Below are positions 1-12,847 of a stretch of 64,000 bases of DNA, in pieces. The translations under genes and the position numbers were made by a program. Within the stretch, counting starts at the first letter, position 1, and each line of letters starts with the position of its first letter. Location of the stretch: the NCBI RefSeq assembly GCF_963921235.1, contig NC_086100.1, forward strand, positions 201,006,001-201,070,000, read 5' to 3'. The notes under the pieces were generated by a model. The model worked only from the letters and a program-made list of their open reading frames with translations, did no database searches and was not told the origin of the DNA. Source of the DNA: Mobula hypostoma (lineage: Eukaryota).

Positions 1-72
1 GGAACATGAGGGAAACTTTCTTCACTCAGAGGGTTGTGTGAGTGTGGAAAGAGTTGCCAGTGCAAGTGGAGC

Positions 73-920
73 TGTCATGGTCCGGTCCGTGAAGTTTGCA
101 TTCCGGTTCACGGTCCGGTCCATCGACCTTTGCTCCAGGTTTTCCTGTCTACCCTGTTTCTGTTCCTTTTGAGCACTAATTGAGGCAGTTGATGCTAGTT
201 GGGGCTGGCTGCATAAATACCTCCAGAGACCAGGGTGTGGCTGCTGGATTGTTCTTGTCCTTACACCTTGTATCCCTTCCCCTGCCTTCTGTTTCCTCGC
301 CTGAAGCCCTGCCTTGTCTTGCTGGTAACTGTCACCTTGCTTCGCCTGTAGTCTTGTCTTGGAGCCACCCTGTACCTAGCTCCCTTCCTATTCCTTGCCT
401 CCACCGGGTAGGTCAGGCTGTCATGCCGTTACCCTGCAGTTGGTTCTGTCCCTTCCTGTCCCTTGCCTCTGTCCAGTGGAGATCTGCGCCCTGACCAGGA
501 GGAGTTTCAAGACCCCAAGCCTCGAGCCTCGCCCCAAGCCAAGCTTCAAGACCCCAAGCCTCAAGCCTCTAGTCTCAAGCCTCACCTCAAGTCTCTAGTC
601 TCAAGTCTCTGGTCTCAAGCCTCTGGTGTCGAGCCTCGCCTCAAGTCTGAAGACTCTAGCCTCGTCCTGCCTGCCAGCCAAGTCACGTCCTTGCCTAATT
701 CTGGGGTCCGAGCCAGATGCAAGACCCAGGTTCTGGGTCCTTGTCCAGTCTCTGGCTCAGAGTCCAAGCCTGGGCTCCCAGCTCTCTTGTCCAGTCCTGT
801 TCCGGGTTCCTGGTTTTTGTGTCCATGTCCTAGCCCTCACCCTGTATCCTAGTCCTGTCCCTAGTACTTCAGTGTCTGTGTCTTGCACTTGGGTCCGTTA
901 CCAGCCACCTCCTTGCAACA
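73..920. mobile_element. Solo LTR (Gypsy-like), inserted in a CR1 3' fragment
   Basis: Begins TGTCA and ends CAACA (TG...CA). 5-bp TSD GGAGC at 68-72 and 921-925. Internal short repeats (ctcaagcct). CR1-tail-like sequence on both sides. Confidence 0.75.
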
Positions 921-1149
921 GGAGCATGTGAGCTCAATCTGAACTTTTAAGAGAAGTTTGGATAGGTACTGTCGCAACCGTGGATTCGGCAGTGCAGTAG
1001 ATATGGCAATAGCGCTTGTGAATTTGCACGTGTCAGCCAATTATTTAGAGGTTAGACTTCTCTTTGCTCCACAGTCCAATTCGATCTTTGCTCCACAGTC
1101 CAGCTCGATTTGAACATTTAAGAGAAGTTTGGATAGGTGTAACTCATAG

Positions 1150-1540
1150 GCAGCTGTAATGCACCTGAAGTCGGTCCACCAGCTGTCAGTAAACTTTGCA
1201 AGAGAAAAAGAAGAGGTTCAATTGTTGTTCAGACCAAACATCAGAATGGGGAAGAACTGTGATCTAAATGGAAGGCAGATAGGTTGGTTTGAGTATCTCA
1301 GGAGCAGCTGATCTTTTGGGATTTCCACACACAGTCTCTGGAGTTTAGAGAACGGTGCAAAAAGCAAAAAAAAAAATCCAGTGAGCAGCAGTTCTGGGGG
1401 TGAAAATGCCTTGTTAATGTCTCGAACACAACGTATTAGACCTTGAAGCAGATGGTTTAAAGCAGAAGAGCACGAACATACACACTGTGGCCACTTGATT
1501 AGGTAGAGGAGGAACCGAATAAAGTGGCCAACGAGTGCAT
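1150..1540. mobile_element. Tc1-like DNA transposon remnant / MITE
   Basis: Terminal inverted pair gtggccacttgattaggt / accgaataaagtggccaac at about 1487-1533. Upstream sequence resembles fish Tc1-like internal sequence (recognised from memory). Confidence 0.5.
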
Positions 1541-1770
1541 GTTCTTAAACTAGACTTGTCTATAAATCTTTGCCTGAAGACATTTTAAATGTTGTGAGAT
1601 TCCCTGCCTTTGTCATCCCTCAGGTAGTGAGTTCCAGGTTCCACCAGCCGCCTGGGTGAAAAAGTATCAAACTGTCTTCACACTGAGGATGGAGGTGGCT
1701 GTGATAACACGGCAAGGAGTGATCGTGAGCAGGGCACAGTCCATTCACCGTTTGCTTTGTCCCCACACAG

Positions 1771-1847
1771 GGCAGCAATCCACACCATCTCAGCATTTTG
1801 GTGGAGTTCGCAGGAGAGCAACTAACGCTGGATCTCAGCAGGAACAC
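1771..1847 (+). CDS. ADAM metalloprotease coding exon A (prodomain), 77 nt
   Basis: Acceptor tttgtccccacacag| and donor |gtgagt. Reads GSNPHHLSILVEFAGEQLTLDLSRN+AC, matching the ADAM prodomain 'L.LDL.RN' motif. Phase 2 end matches the next exon. Confidence 0.85.
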
Positions 1848-1949
1848 GTGAGTGAATCAGGCTTGGTAAAAGAATAAGAGTCACATCATCAAAGTTCTGC
1901 TTCAGTTAAAGTTTACCCAGCTCTGCTCCCACTGACACCTCCCACTCTC

Positions 1950-2140
1950 CACCAAGTTAATATAATCCCAGTCTGCACCAAGTTACTATGATCCCAGTCT
2001 GCACCGTTACTATGATCCCAGTCTGCACCAAGTTAATACGATCCCAGTCTGCACCATTAGTATGATCCCACTCTCCATCAAGTTAATAAGATTTCAGTCT
2101 GCACCAACTTAATATGCTCCCGATCTGCACTGTTAATATG
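1950..2140. repeat. Minisatellite, ~24-26-bp unit caccaagttactatgatcccagtctg, ~7-8 degenerate copies
   Basis: Direct tandem repetition visible in the sequence. Confidence 0.85.
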
Positions 2141-3389
2141 ATTCACCTGTCATTCAGGCAGACTCGTCACCTGCAGTCTATTTAACCCCAAGTCTCATCC
2201 ACAGTCCTTGTTCACTCATTGAACCAGCCAGCCTCAAATAGTTGCTCTGAGCTTTCACTCTCCCTGTCTGAAGTTTCCCTTGTTGCCCACCGTGTTTATT
2301 TTCTATTCTCTCTTGTTTTGTGGCTGCTTGTGGCTTGTTACTTTTTCTCTATTAATAGAGTTATTGCTTCTGCTGCTGAATAATCTCTGCTGCTCTGCCT
2401 GCAGGTCAAGCCTCCTCCACGTTTCCTGACAATACGTGGGTAGCGAGAAGTTTCCATCTGGAGATTAAGTATAGACTTGTCATGTTGAAACAATGCTTGA
2501 CAGGACAGGTTAGTGGGAGCTTGTTGTCTCCAACACCTGCTATACCTGCTCTGGAGGTGCACAAGAACGTAGTGTTCAACAAGCTTTATAAGACCATGAG
2601 TCATGGGATCAGAATCAGGTCATTCAGCCCGTCAAGATAGATAGATAGATATACTTAATTGATCCTGAGGGAAATTGGGTTTTGTTACAGCCACACCAAC
2701 CAAAAATAGAGCATAAATATAGCAATACAAAAACCAGAAACAATCAAACAACAATATGCAAACTATGCCAGATGGAAATAAGTCCAGGACCAGCCAATTG
2801 CCTCAGGGTGTCTGACCGTCCACGGGAGGAGCTGCAAAGTTCGATGGCCACAGGCAGGAACAATCTCCCGTGGCGCCCAGTGTCACATCTCGGTGGAATA
2901 TGGCCAGAGTCCAACAGCAAAAAGTTCAATATCCGGTCTACAAACACGTTCCTCGTTCGTAATATGACCCAGATTGCACCATCCGTTGTTAACCAGAACA
3001 GTAAGCCCCCAGTAAGACTGATATATTATTCCGGTCATCCATATTTTCCTGCCTTTTGCCCATAAGCTTTGATGTCCTGACTAATCAGGAATCTATCAAC
3101 CTCCACTTTAAATATACCCAAAGACTTGGCCTCCCCAGCCATCTGTGGTACGAATTCCACAGTTTCACCACCCTCTGACTAAAGAAATTCCTTCTCATTT
3201 CAGTTCTAAAAGGACGTCCTTCCATTCTGAGGCTGTGCCTTCTGGTGCTTGAATGTGCGAGCCCCTACAATTGGCTGAGTGGACAAATAGCTGGCATGGG
3301 CTGGCACTGACCTCCTGAGTGCCCAAGTTGCGAATTTCATTTTCACAAAAGTTGGGTGATTATCTTTCGCATAAGGTTAATGTGACCCT

Positions 3390-3595
3390 ATAACAGCTCG
3401 AGGCGTCAGAGGTTGGCGTTCATTCTGGATGCTCCAGTTTCCTCCCACGGAGCAAAGGTGTGCCGGTTGGTAGGTTAATTGGTCATTGTAAATTGTCCCG
3501 TGATGAGGGTAGGGTTAAATTGGGGGTTGCTAGGGTGACGTGGTTCAAAGAGCCAGAAGGGCCTGTTCAGAACTATTTCTCTAAATAAATAAAGA
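3390..3595 (+). mobile_element. V-SINE-like element. Related copies near 12060-12330(-), 13050-13320(-), 14470-14700(+), 26230-26400(-), 54235-54430(-), 56885-57160(+), 57175-57465(-), 61470-61745(-)
   Basis: Core ctccagtttcctcccac...ggttaattggtcattgtaaattgtccc recurs in both orientations across the window and resembles the V-SINE central domain. Confidence 0.55.
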
Positions 3596-4599
3596 CATAT
3601 AATGTCGATATTTTAAATTCAGGTCCTCCTGCCACTGAGGCCCTTCTCGTCTGACTCACCTCTGCACTTTATTTGTCTAACTGCGCTGCTCTTTCTCTGT
3701 AACAATGACACTGTATCCTGCACTCTGCTTTTTCTATACACCATGATCTACCTATGTGTGCAATAATCTGCTTGTATGGCATGCAGACAAGGCCAATTCA
3801 CTGATTCTTGGTACAAGTGACAAGAATTCGAGTGTCCATCTGTATTGTCACTGCCCTGGGAGTGTGTGATGGGTCAGTGTGCAAAGAGCTTTACTCTGCA
3901 TCTGCACACAATGCTGGAGGAAATCAGCAGGCCAGGCAGCATCTATGGAAAAAAAGTACAGTCAACGATTTGGCATTTTGTGTGTGTTACTCAGATTTCC
4001 AGTAGCTGTAGATTTTCTCTTGCTGTCTCTGTATCTAACCCGTGGTGCTCCTGCCCAGGGTTTTTATAAGGGACAATATTAATGAAGTGATTTTCAGAAG
4101 GTATTCAGATGTATACTGCATGGTGTTCGCTGTCCAGTGATTGGGTAAAATTTCTCCAGTCCACACTGTGTACGAAAGGATTTAGTAAAACAGTTCCTTC
4201 CCAATGCTTTACTTCTTTGGCCAATCATCTTACATACATGTCAGTGGTTTCCTTCAAAGCAGATTGCTATTTAGAGCACACAAGCAGCCATTTGTCCCAT
4301 GGACCCTTTAATGAAGAGCTGCATTTGTTCTTTCATCTCTTCCCTGTGTTCTGTTTAATTCCTTTCTCCCTCATTCTGAAACACCTCACAGTGAATAGCA
4401 GTGATCCCGTCTCCAAAAGATCTCAGTATGGAAGTATTCCCCCAGATCTTCTGCTGAGATCTTTGCCTGTGATTTAACACCTTCAACCTCTGGTAGTTCC
4501 TAGGGAGTCCATCTTCCTCTCTCAACATCCTGCAAACTTCTATTATGTGCCCTCTAAACCCACTGTTTTCCAAGGAGAGCTCTCATATCTATGGTGATA

Positions 4600-5925
4600 A
4601 AATGCTTGGAGAGGTTGGTCATGACTAGACTGAATTCCTGCCTCAGCAAGGACCTGGACCCATTGCAATTTGCCTATCACCACAATAGGTCAACAGCAGA
4701 CACAATCTCAATGGCTCTTCACACGGTCTAAGACCACCTGGACAATATAAACACCTACGTCAGGATGCTGTTTGCTGACTATAGATCAGCACTTAACACC
4801 ATCATTCCCACAATCCTGATTGAGGAGCTACAGAACCTGAGGCCTCTGTACCTCCCTCTGCGATTGGATCCTCGACTTCCTAACTGGAAGACCACAATCT
4901 GTGTGGATTGATGAGAACATCTCCTCCTCGCTGACGATCAACACTGGCGCACCTCAGGGGTGTGTACTTAGCCCACTGCTCTACTCTCTATATACACATG
5001 ACTGTGTGGCTAGGCATAGCTCAAATACCATCTATAAATTTGCTGACGATACAACTGTTGTTGGTAGAATCTCAGATAGAGGTGAGAGGGCATACAGGAG
5101 TCACAAATACCAGCTAGTGGAGTGGTGTCACAGCAACGTCTGTAAGACGAGGGAGCTGATTGTGGGCTTCAGGAAGGGTAAAATGGGGGAACACACACCA
5201 ATCCTCAGAGGGATCAGAAGTGGAGAGAGTGAGCAGCTTCAAGTTCCTGGGTGTCAAGATCTCAGAGGAGCTAACCTGGTTAGATTAACGTATATGTATA
5301 TATACATATATAGGTTAACATATCGATGCAGCTATAAAGAAGTGACTATACTTAATTAGGAGTTTGAAAAGATTTGGTTTGTCAACTAAAACACTTGAAA
5401 ACTTCTATAGGTGTACCATGGAGAGCATTCTGACAGGATGCAGCACTCTCTGGTGTGGGGGATCGGGGCGGTGACTACTGCATGTTGCCGGAAGAAGCTG
5501 CAGAAAAATGGAAAATTAGTTGGCTCCATCTAGGTACCAGTCTCCGTAGCACACAAAACATCTTTAAGGAGCAGTACCTCAGAAAGGTAACAGAGAGAAA
5601 GGACATGCCCTGGGTGCTGGGGGTCCTTTCTCTCTGTTACCATCAGGTAGGAGGTACAGAAGCCTGAAATCACACACTCAGTGATTCAGGAACAGCTTCT
5701 TCCCCTCCGCCGTCCGATTCCTAAATGGACATTGAACCCTTGGACACTACCTCACTTTTTGAAAATATTATTTCTGTTTTTGCACTATTTTTAATCTATT
5801 CAATATACATTGATATACTTATTTATATATTTTTTCTTTCTATATTATCATGTGTTACATTGAACTGCTGCTGCTAAGTTAACAAATTTCACGATACATA
5901 CCAGTGAAAATAACCCTCATTCTGC
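4600..5925 (+). mobile_element. Rex1/Babar-like LINE, 5'-truncated and frameshifted
   Basis: RT motifs [20 protein letters not shown] and KFADDTT, plus the KTRELIV.FR C-terminal motif (ORF 4901-5359). Confidence 0.8.
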
Positions 5926-7304
5926 TCTTCGTGCCCGAAGAGGCTTCTCCTGAGCTCGAGGCACGAGTGAGAATGGAAGCACGTTTTGTGAGGCTCTGCA
6001 CTGGGTCTGCTAGTCTACAGTAATTACAGAAATGGCACTAGTGTCTAGAAATCGTGAGAACAGGCACACGCTTGTCTTCCGCGGCAGCAGAGTGGGGGCT
6101 CAGCACTGTAGGAAAATAGGCGTGTCAGCAGACCGTTTCCACCAGCCGTCTGCTCCATTGTCCAATGTGATCACAGTGTTTCAGGTCACCAGTCTCGGCA
6201 GTAACCAAGGACAACATTCTGCTTGTATCACCTGGAAGTCAGGCTCAAGAACAGCTTCTATCCCACTGTAATAAAATAGTTCACTAGTTCGATGAAATGG
6301 ACTCTTGGCCTCTCAATCTCCCTGCACTGCATCTTTTGTGCAGTTAACACATTACTCTGCATTATTATTTTACTGTGTGTAATGATATGATCTGTATGAA
6401 CAGTATACAAGAGTAGCTTTTCACTGCGTCTCAGTGCATTGTTCAAATTAAATTCATCACAGTACATATTTGTCACTATATTCAACCCTGAAATTTATTT
6501 TCCTGCAGACGTTCACAGTAAATATAAAGAAACACAATACAATCAAAGAAAAACCACACACAAGACGGACAAACAACCAATGTGCAAAAGACAACAAACT
6601 GCAAATACAAAAAAGTAGAAACAAGATAATAAATAAGAAGATAGATGGATACATTAATTAATTTCGAGAACTCATTTTTAGCGGAGTCCTTGAAAGTGAG
6701 CGTGTATGTTGTGGAATCAGGTCAGTGACGGGGGTGAGTGAGGTTAGACACAGTGGTTCAGGATTCTGATAACTCTTCCTGAACATGGTGGTGCAGCTCC
6801 TGAGGCTCCTGTACCTTCTTGCTGATGGCAGCAGTGAGATGAGAGCATGTCCTGGGGTGTGGGACCCTCACTGATACGTGCTGCTTTCCTGCCACACCAC
6901 TCGTGCTCAATGGTGGGAACAGCTCAGCTTGTGATGGACTGGGCCCAATCCACTACTGTCAATGTGACAATAATAACCAATTCCAATAAAGCAACTCCAG
7001 CTTTCTTGTAATTCTCATATTTCTGCAGCAACTGTGTCCGAAGTTTAGAAACATAGAAAACATACAGCACAATACAGGCCCTTTGGTAGGCACTCTTGAT
7101 CTCAGTGTAACAGTGGTCCAGTGTGTTGTTTCCTCTGGATCGACAAGTGATTCATTGAAGGTAATTATTTAGTGATTTTTTTCAGGCAGGCCTGGTTAAA
7201 ATCCCCCAAAATGATGGTGAATGTGTTAGGGTGTGCTGTTTCGTGCATGTTGATCCCATTGCTCAGATCGAACTGAAGTCTATAAACAGCAGCCTGACAT
7301 ATAA

Positions 7305-8040
7305 AGTGGTAGTAGTAGTCATACTTTATTGATCCTGGGGTAAATTGGTTTTTGTTACAGTTGCACCATAAATAATTAAATAGTAATAAAACCATAAATA
7401 ATTAAATAGTAATATGTAAATTATGCCAGGAAATAAGTCCAGGACCAGCCTGTTGGCTCAGGGTGTCTGACCCTCCGAGGGAGGAGTTGTAAAGTTTGAT
7501 GGCCACAGGCTGGAATGACTTCCTATGACGCTCTGTGCTGCATCTCAGTGGAATGAGTCTCTGGCTGAATGTACTCCTGTGCCCACCCAGTACATTATGT
7601 AGTGGATGGGAGACATTGACCAAGATGGCATGCAACTTAGACAGCATCCTCTTTTCAGACACCACCGTGAGAGAGTCCAGTTCCATCTCCACAACATCAC
7701 TGGCCTTACGAATGAGTTTGTTGATTCTGTTGGTGTCTGCTACCCTCAGCCTGCTGCCCCAACACACAACAGCAAACATGATCGCACTGGCCACCACAGA
7801 CTCGTAGAACATCCTCAGCATCGTCCGGCAGATATTAAAGGACCTCAGTCTCCTCAGGAAATAGAGACGGCTCTGACCCTCCTTGTAGATAGCCTCAGTG
7901 TTCCTTGACCAGTCCAGTTTATTGTCAATTCGTATCCCCAGGTATTTGTAATCCTCCACCATGTCCACACTGACCCCCTGGATGGAAACAGGGGTCACCG
8001 GTACCTTAGCTCTCCTCAGGTCTACCACCAGCTCCTTAGA
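7305..8040 (-). mobile_element. Rex1/Babar-like LINE 3' fragment (family B), joined to a second Rex-like RT fragment at 8040-8560
   Basis: KELVVDLRR...YKYLG..IDNKLDW...RLYFLRRLRSF. Near-identical copies at ~27130-27770(-) and ~30700-31360(+). Short-repeat tail (gactac/gactat)n. Confidence 0.8.
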
Positions 8041-8882
8041 AACCCTATTTTCCATGTGGGGCAGGACAGAGTGGAGGGCAGAGGCTATTGCATCATCAGT
8101 GGATTGATGTAAGTGATAAGCAAGCTGGAAAGGGTCCAGTGTAGCCGGGAGAAAGGCTTTAATGTACGCGTTGACCAGCTGCTGAAAACCCTTCATAATA
8201 GTTGATGTTAATGCCACTGGACGAGGTCATTTAGGCAGGATACTGTCGCATTCTTTGGCACTAGAATGATGGTTGCCACCTTAAAAACCGAGGGGATAGC
8301 GGATTGTTCCAGAGAGATGTTGAATATATCTGTCAGCTGGGCCGTGCAGTCTTTCAGAACCCATTTCTGGCATATTATCAGGCCCCACAGCTTTGCGTGG
8401 GTCTTCCTCGCCTCAGCTTTAGCCAGACAGAGTATCTGCTCCCATGGGGGAGGGATGCACTTTGTTCTGCATAACAAACTGGGCGTAGAAGACATTCGGC
8501 CTCTCAGGAGGTGAAACATCTTGGTCACTGACATGCAGGGCAGACTTGTAGTCTGTAATTCTTGAAGTCCAAGTTCATAGCTTCCTGAAAGTGGCTACAC
8601 AGGTTGATAGGGTGGTTAAGAAGGAAAATTGCATGCTTGCCTTTATCTGTCGTGGAAATGAGTCCAAAGGTCAGGACGTTACACCCTCTTCTCATTGTTC
8701 CCATCAGGGAGGAGGTATAGGAGCCTGAAGACCCACACTCAGCGATTTAGGAACAGTTTCTTTCCCTCTGCTGTCAGATTTCCGAATGGTCCATGAACAC
8801 TACCTCGCTACTTTGCTTTCTTTTTGCTCTATTTATTTATATTTATTCAATCCTTACTTCAGGGTAGTATATGGTGTCACAT

Positions 8883-10975
8883 AACACCATAACACATAGG
8901 AGCCAAATTAGGCCATTTGGCCCATCGAGTCCGCTCCGCCATTCAATCATGGTTCATCTTTTTTCCCCTCCTCAACCCCAATTCCCGGCCTTCTCCCTGT
9001 AACCTCTAATGCCATGTCCAGTCAAGAACCTATCAATCTCTTACTTAAATACACCCAACAACCTGTCCTCCACAGCTGCATGTGGTAACAAATTCCACAA
9101 ATTCACCACCCTTTGGCTAAAGAAATTTCTCCACATCTCTATTTTGAAAGGGCGCCCCTCTATTCTGAGTCTGTGCCCTCTTGTCCTGGACTTTCTCACC
9201 ACGGGAAACATCCTTTCCACATCTACTCTGTCTAGGCCTTTCAACATTTGAAAGATTTCAAAAGATTTCAAGATTTCGAAAGATTCCCCCTCATCCTTCT
9301 GAATTCCAGCAAGTACAGACCCAGAGCCAGCAAACGTTCCTCGTGTGATAACCCTTTCATTCCTGGAATCATCCTTGTGAACCTCCTCTGGACCTTCTCC
9401 AATGCCAGGACATCTTTTCTAAGATGAGGGGCCCAAAACTGTTCACAATACTCAAGGTGAGACCTCACCAGTGCCTTATAAAGCCTCAGCATCACATCCC
9501 TGCTCTTGTATTCTAGACCTCTTGAAATGAATGCTAACATGGCATTTGCCTTCCTCACCACCGACTCTACCTGCAAGTTAACCTTCAGGGTGTTCTGCAC
9601 AAGGACTCCCAAGTCCCTCTGCATCTCAGATTCCTGGATTTTCTCCCTGTTTAGAAAATAGTTCGCACATTTATTTCTACTACCAAAGTGCACAACCATG
9701 CATTTTCCAACATTGTACTTCATTTGCCACTTTCTTGCCCATTCTCCTAATCTGTCTAAGTCTTTCTGCAGCCTACCTGTTTCCTCAACACCACCTGCCC
9801 CTTCACTAATCTTCATACCATCTGCAATCTTGGCAACAAAGCCATCTATTCCATCATCTAAATCATTTATATACAGCATAAAAGGAAGTGGTCCCATCAC
9901 CGACCTCCGCGGAACATCACTAGTCACTGGCAGCCAACCAGAAAAGGATCCTTTTATTCCCACTCCCACCAATCAGCCAATATCCTAACCATGCCAGTAA
10001 CTTTCCTGTATTACCATGGGCTCTTAACTTGGTAAGCAGCCTCATGTGTGACACCTTGTCAAAGGCCTTCTGAAAGTCCAAATATACAACATCTACTACA
10101 TCCCCTTTATCTATCCTACTTGTAATCTCCTCAAAGAATTACAACTGGTTTGTCGGGCAGGATTTTCCCTGATGGAAACCATGCTGACTTTGTACTATCT
10201 TGTCCTGTGTCACCTAGAACTCCATCACCTCATCCTTAACAATTGACTCCAACATCTTCCCAACCACTGAGGTCAGGCTAACTTAATTTCCTTTCTGCTG
10301 CCTTCCTCCTTTCTTAAAGAGTGGAGTAACATTTGCAATGTTCCAGTCCTCTGGCAGAGTCCAATGATTTTTGAAAGGTCATTTCTAATGCCACCACAAT
10401 CTCTGATGCTTCCTCTTTCAGAGCCCTGGGGTGCAGTTCCTCTGGTCTGGGTGGCTTACGTACCTTTAGGTCTTTCAGCTTTTTGAGCACCTTCTCTCTT
10501 GTAAATAGTAACTGCACTCACTTCTCTTCCTTAACACACTACAACATCAGGGATACTGTTAGTGTCTTCCACAGTGAAGACTGAAGCACAGTACTCATTT
10601 AGTTCATCAGCCATCTTCCCGTCTCTTGTTAATATTTCTCCTGCCTCATTTTCTGGTGGTCCTATATCCATTCTCATTTCTCTTTTATTTTTAGCATACT
10701 TGAAAAAAACATTTGCTATCCACTTTGATATTATTTGCTAGCTTGATTTCATATTTCATCTTTTCCCTTCTAATGATTTTTTTAGTTGATCTCTGTAGGT
10801 TTTTAAAAACTTCCCAATCCTCTATCCTCTATTTTCCCACTAATTTTTGCCCTTTCTTTTGCTTTTACAATACCTTTGACTTCCCTTGTCAGCCACGTTT
10901 GCACTATTTTACCATTTGAGTACTTCTTCATTTTTGGAATACACATGTCCTGTAGCTTCCTCATTTTTCCCAGAA
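8883..10975 (-). mobile_element. CR1 LINE ORF2 fragment, decayed
   Basis: ORFs 9268-9972 and 9041-9271 with KWQMKYNVGKC, HLEYC.QFWAP and NFFSQRVVNLWN. CR1 3' hairpin and tail at the left end. Confidence 0.9.
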
Positions 10976-12482
10976 ATATATGTACCTTGATAACGAATTT
11001 ATTTGAACTTGAACTCAGACATTAAAGTAGGGGTATTAATAGTAAACTAAGATGCTACAAACATCGGAGATCCAAGAAATTAAACCAATTGACACAACTC
11101 TTGTGTGAAGAGTGAAACAAAGTACTGTATTTGATTAATTGCTCTGTTACACCATTGTTCTGCATACTGAATTTATCTGTGAAATCTTTTTGTAAGTGAT
11201 AACAGCATGTGATACAGTGGGAAGCTTTGTCTGCACGTTCTCCAGAATGATCATTCCATGCGTAGGCGCACTGAGTAGTGAAAAGGAAGGCAGACGACAG
11301 AATATAGTCTTACAGCCACGGAGAAAGCTATCAATTGTCAAATTGTTCGTTATTGTCGCACAGACTGAGATACAGTGAAAGACTTTGTTTTACATGCCAT
11401 CCTTACAGATCATTTCATCACAACACCACATCAGAATAAAGCAATGTCAGGAAGCAGAATAAAGTGCCACTGTTAACACTTTAACAGATGTCTAGATCAA
11501 CACGCAAATGCGAGGGAAATGGATGGATATGGAAATTGTGTAGGCAGAAGGGATAAGTTTGGTTGGCCGTTTGGTTACGAAGATTGACAGAACATTTTGG
11601 GCCAAAGAGCCTGTTCCTGTGATGTATAGGTAGGTCTATGTTACAAAGAAGACACCATGCAGGCAGCGAAGAATGGCAAAGACATAACAAGGTAGGTTGT
11701 CGGGTCAAGAGTCCGTCTTATCATACAAGTGATCTCTTCAATAGACTTATAGCAGGAGGAGAAAAGCTCTTCTTGAACCTGGTGGTACATTCTTTCAGAC
11801 TTTTGTATCTTCTGCCGTGTTGGAGGGGGAAGAGAGGATGTCCAGTGTGGGTGGGGTGTTTGGTTACGTTTGTTGCTTTACTGGAATAGCAAGAAGTGTA
11901 GACAGAGTGTATTGAGGGAGGCTGGGTTTTCTTCATACGCCGACAACTCTTCACAGCTTCGTACAGTCACGGACAGAGTAGTTGCCATACCAAGCCGTAA
12001 TGCATCCGAATATGATGCTTTCTATAGTGCAAATAGAACAGTTACTTTTTGTTAGGTTTTATTCAGAGATACGGCGCAGAAAAGGCCTAGCAACCGACAT
12101 ATTCAACTCCAACCTAATCACAGGACAATTTACAGTGACCAATTAACCTACTAATTGATACATCTTTGGAACAAGGGTTGGAATTGGAGCACGCTGAGGA
12201 TACCAACACAGTCACGGGGAGAACCCACAAACAGCACCGGAATTGGAATTGGAACTCTGACTCTGAGTTGTAGTATTGTGCTGGCCATTACCCTACCGTG
12301 GTACACGGGGACCACAGCAGCACAATGGTGAGGGTCAGCAGACACATGTTGAATTTATTTAGCCTGACGAAGCAGACGTGTTGGTAAACTTTCTTGGTCA
12401 TTGCATTTATGTAGTTGTGCCAGGTCAGGTGATGTTCACTCTGAGAAACCTTTTCATCCTCAGTTCGGTTGATGTAGGCTCC

Positions 12483-12600
12483 CCCCACCAGGAGTATATA
12501 CACCCCTCCCCCACCAGGTGTATATACACCCACCCCCCCACCAGGAGTATACACCCCTCCCCCACCAGGTGTATATACAACCCCTCCCCCACCAGGAGTG
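12483..12600. repeat. Short tandem repeat cccccaccagg(a/t)gtatatacaccc, ~24-27 bp x ~4.5
   Basis: Visible tandem units inside a decayed LINE fragment. Confidence 0.8.
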
Positions 12601-12702
12601 TGTTCACCCTCCTGACATTTCCTGTAGTCACTGAGAAGCTCTTTAGTTTTTGTGACATTGAGAGGAAGATTGTGATCACCAGATTGAGAAATCATGAGTG
12701 CA

Positions 12703-12847
12703 AACAACAGGAATTCTGCAGATGCTGGAAATTCAAGCAACACACATCAAAGTTGCTGGTGAACGCAGCAGGCCAAGCAGCATCTATAGGAAGAGGCGCA
12801 GTCGACGTTTCAGGCCGAGACCCTTCGTCAGGACTAACTGAAGGAAG
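12703..12847 (-). mobile_element. Penelope-derived mini-insert (~145 bp) with hammerhead motif
   Basis: Flanked by 13-bp direct repeat AATCATGAGTGCA (12690-12702, 12848-12860). Closely matches the terminal region of the GIY-YIG element at 21401-22313. Confidence 0.8.
12800..12835 (-). ncRNA. Minimal type I hammerhead ribozyme motif (best-preserved copy)
   Basis: RNA 5'-AGUC CUGACGA AGG-GUCUCGG-CCU GAAA CG UC^ GACU-3'. Helix I AGUC/GACU, core CUGANGA and GAAA, helix II AGG/CCU, palindromic ACGU helix III, GUC cleavage triplet. Confidence 0.7.
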
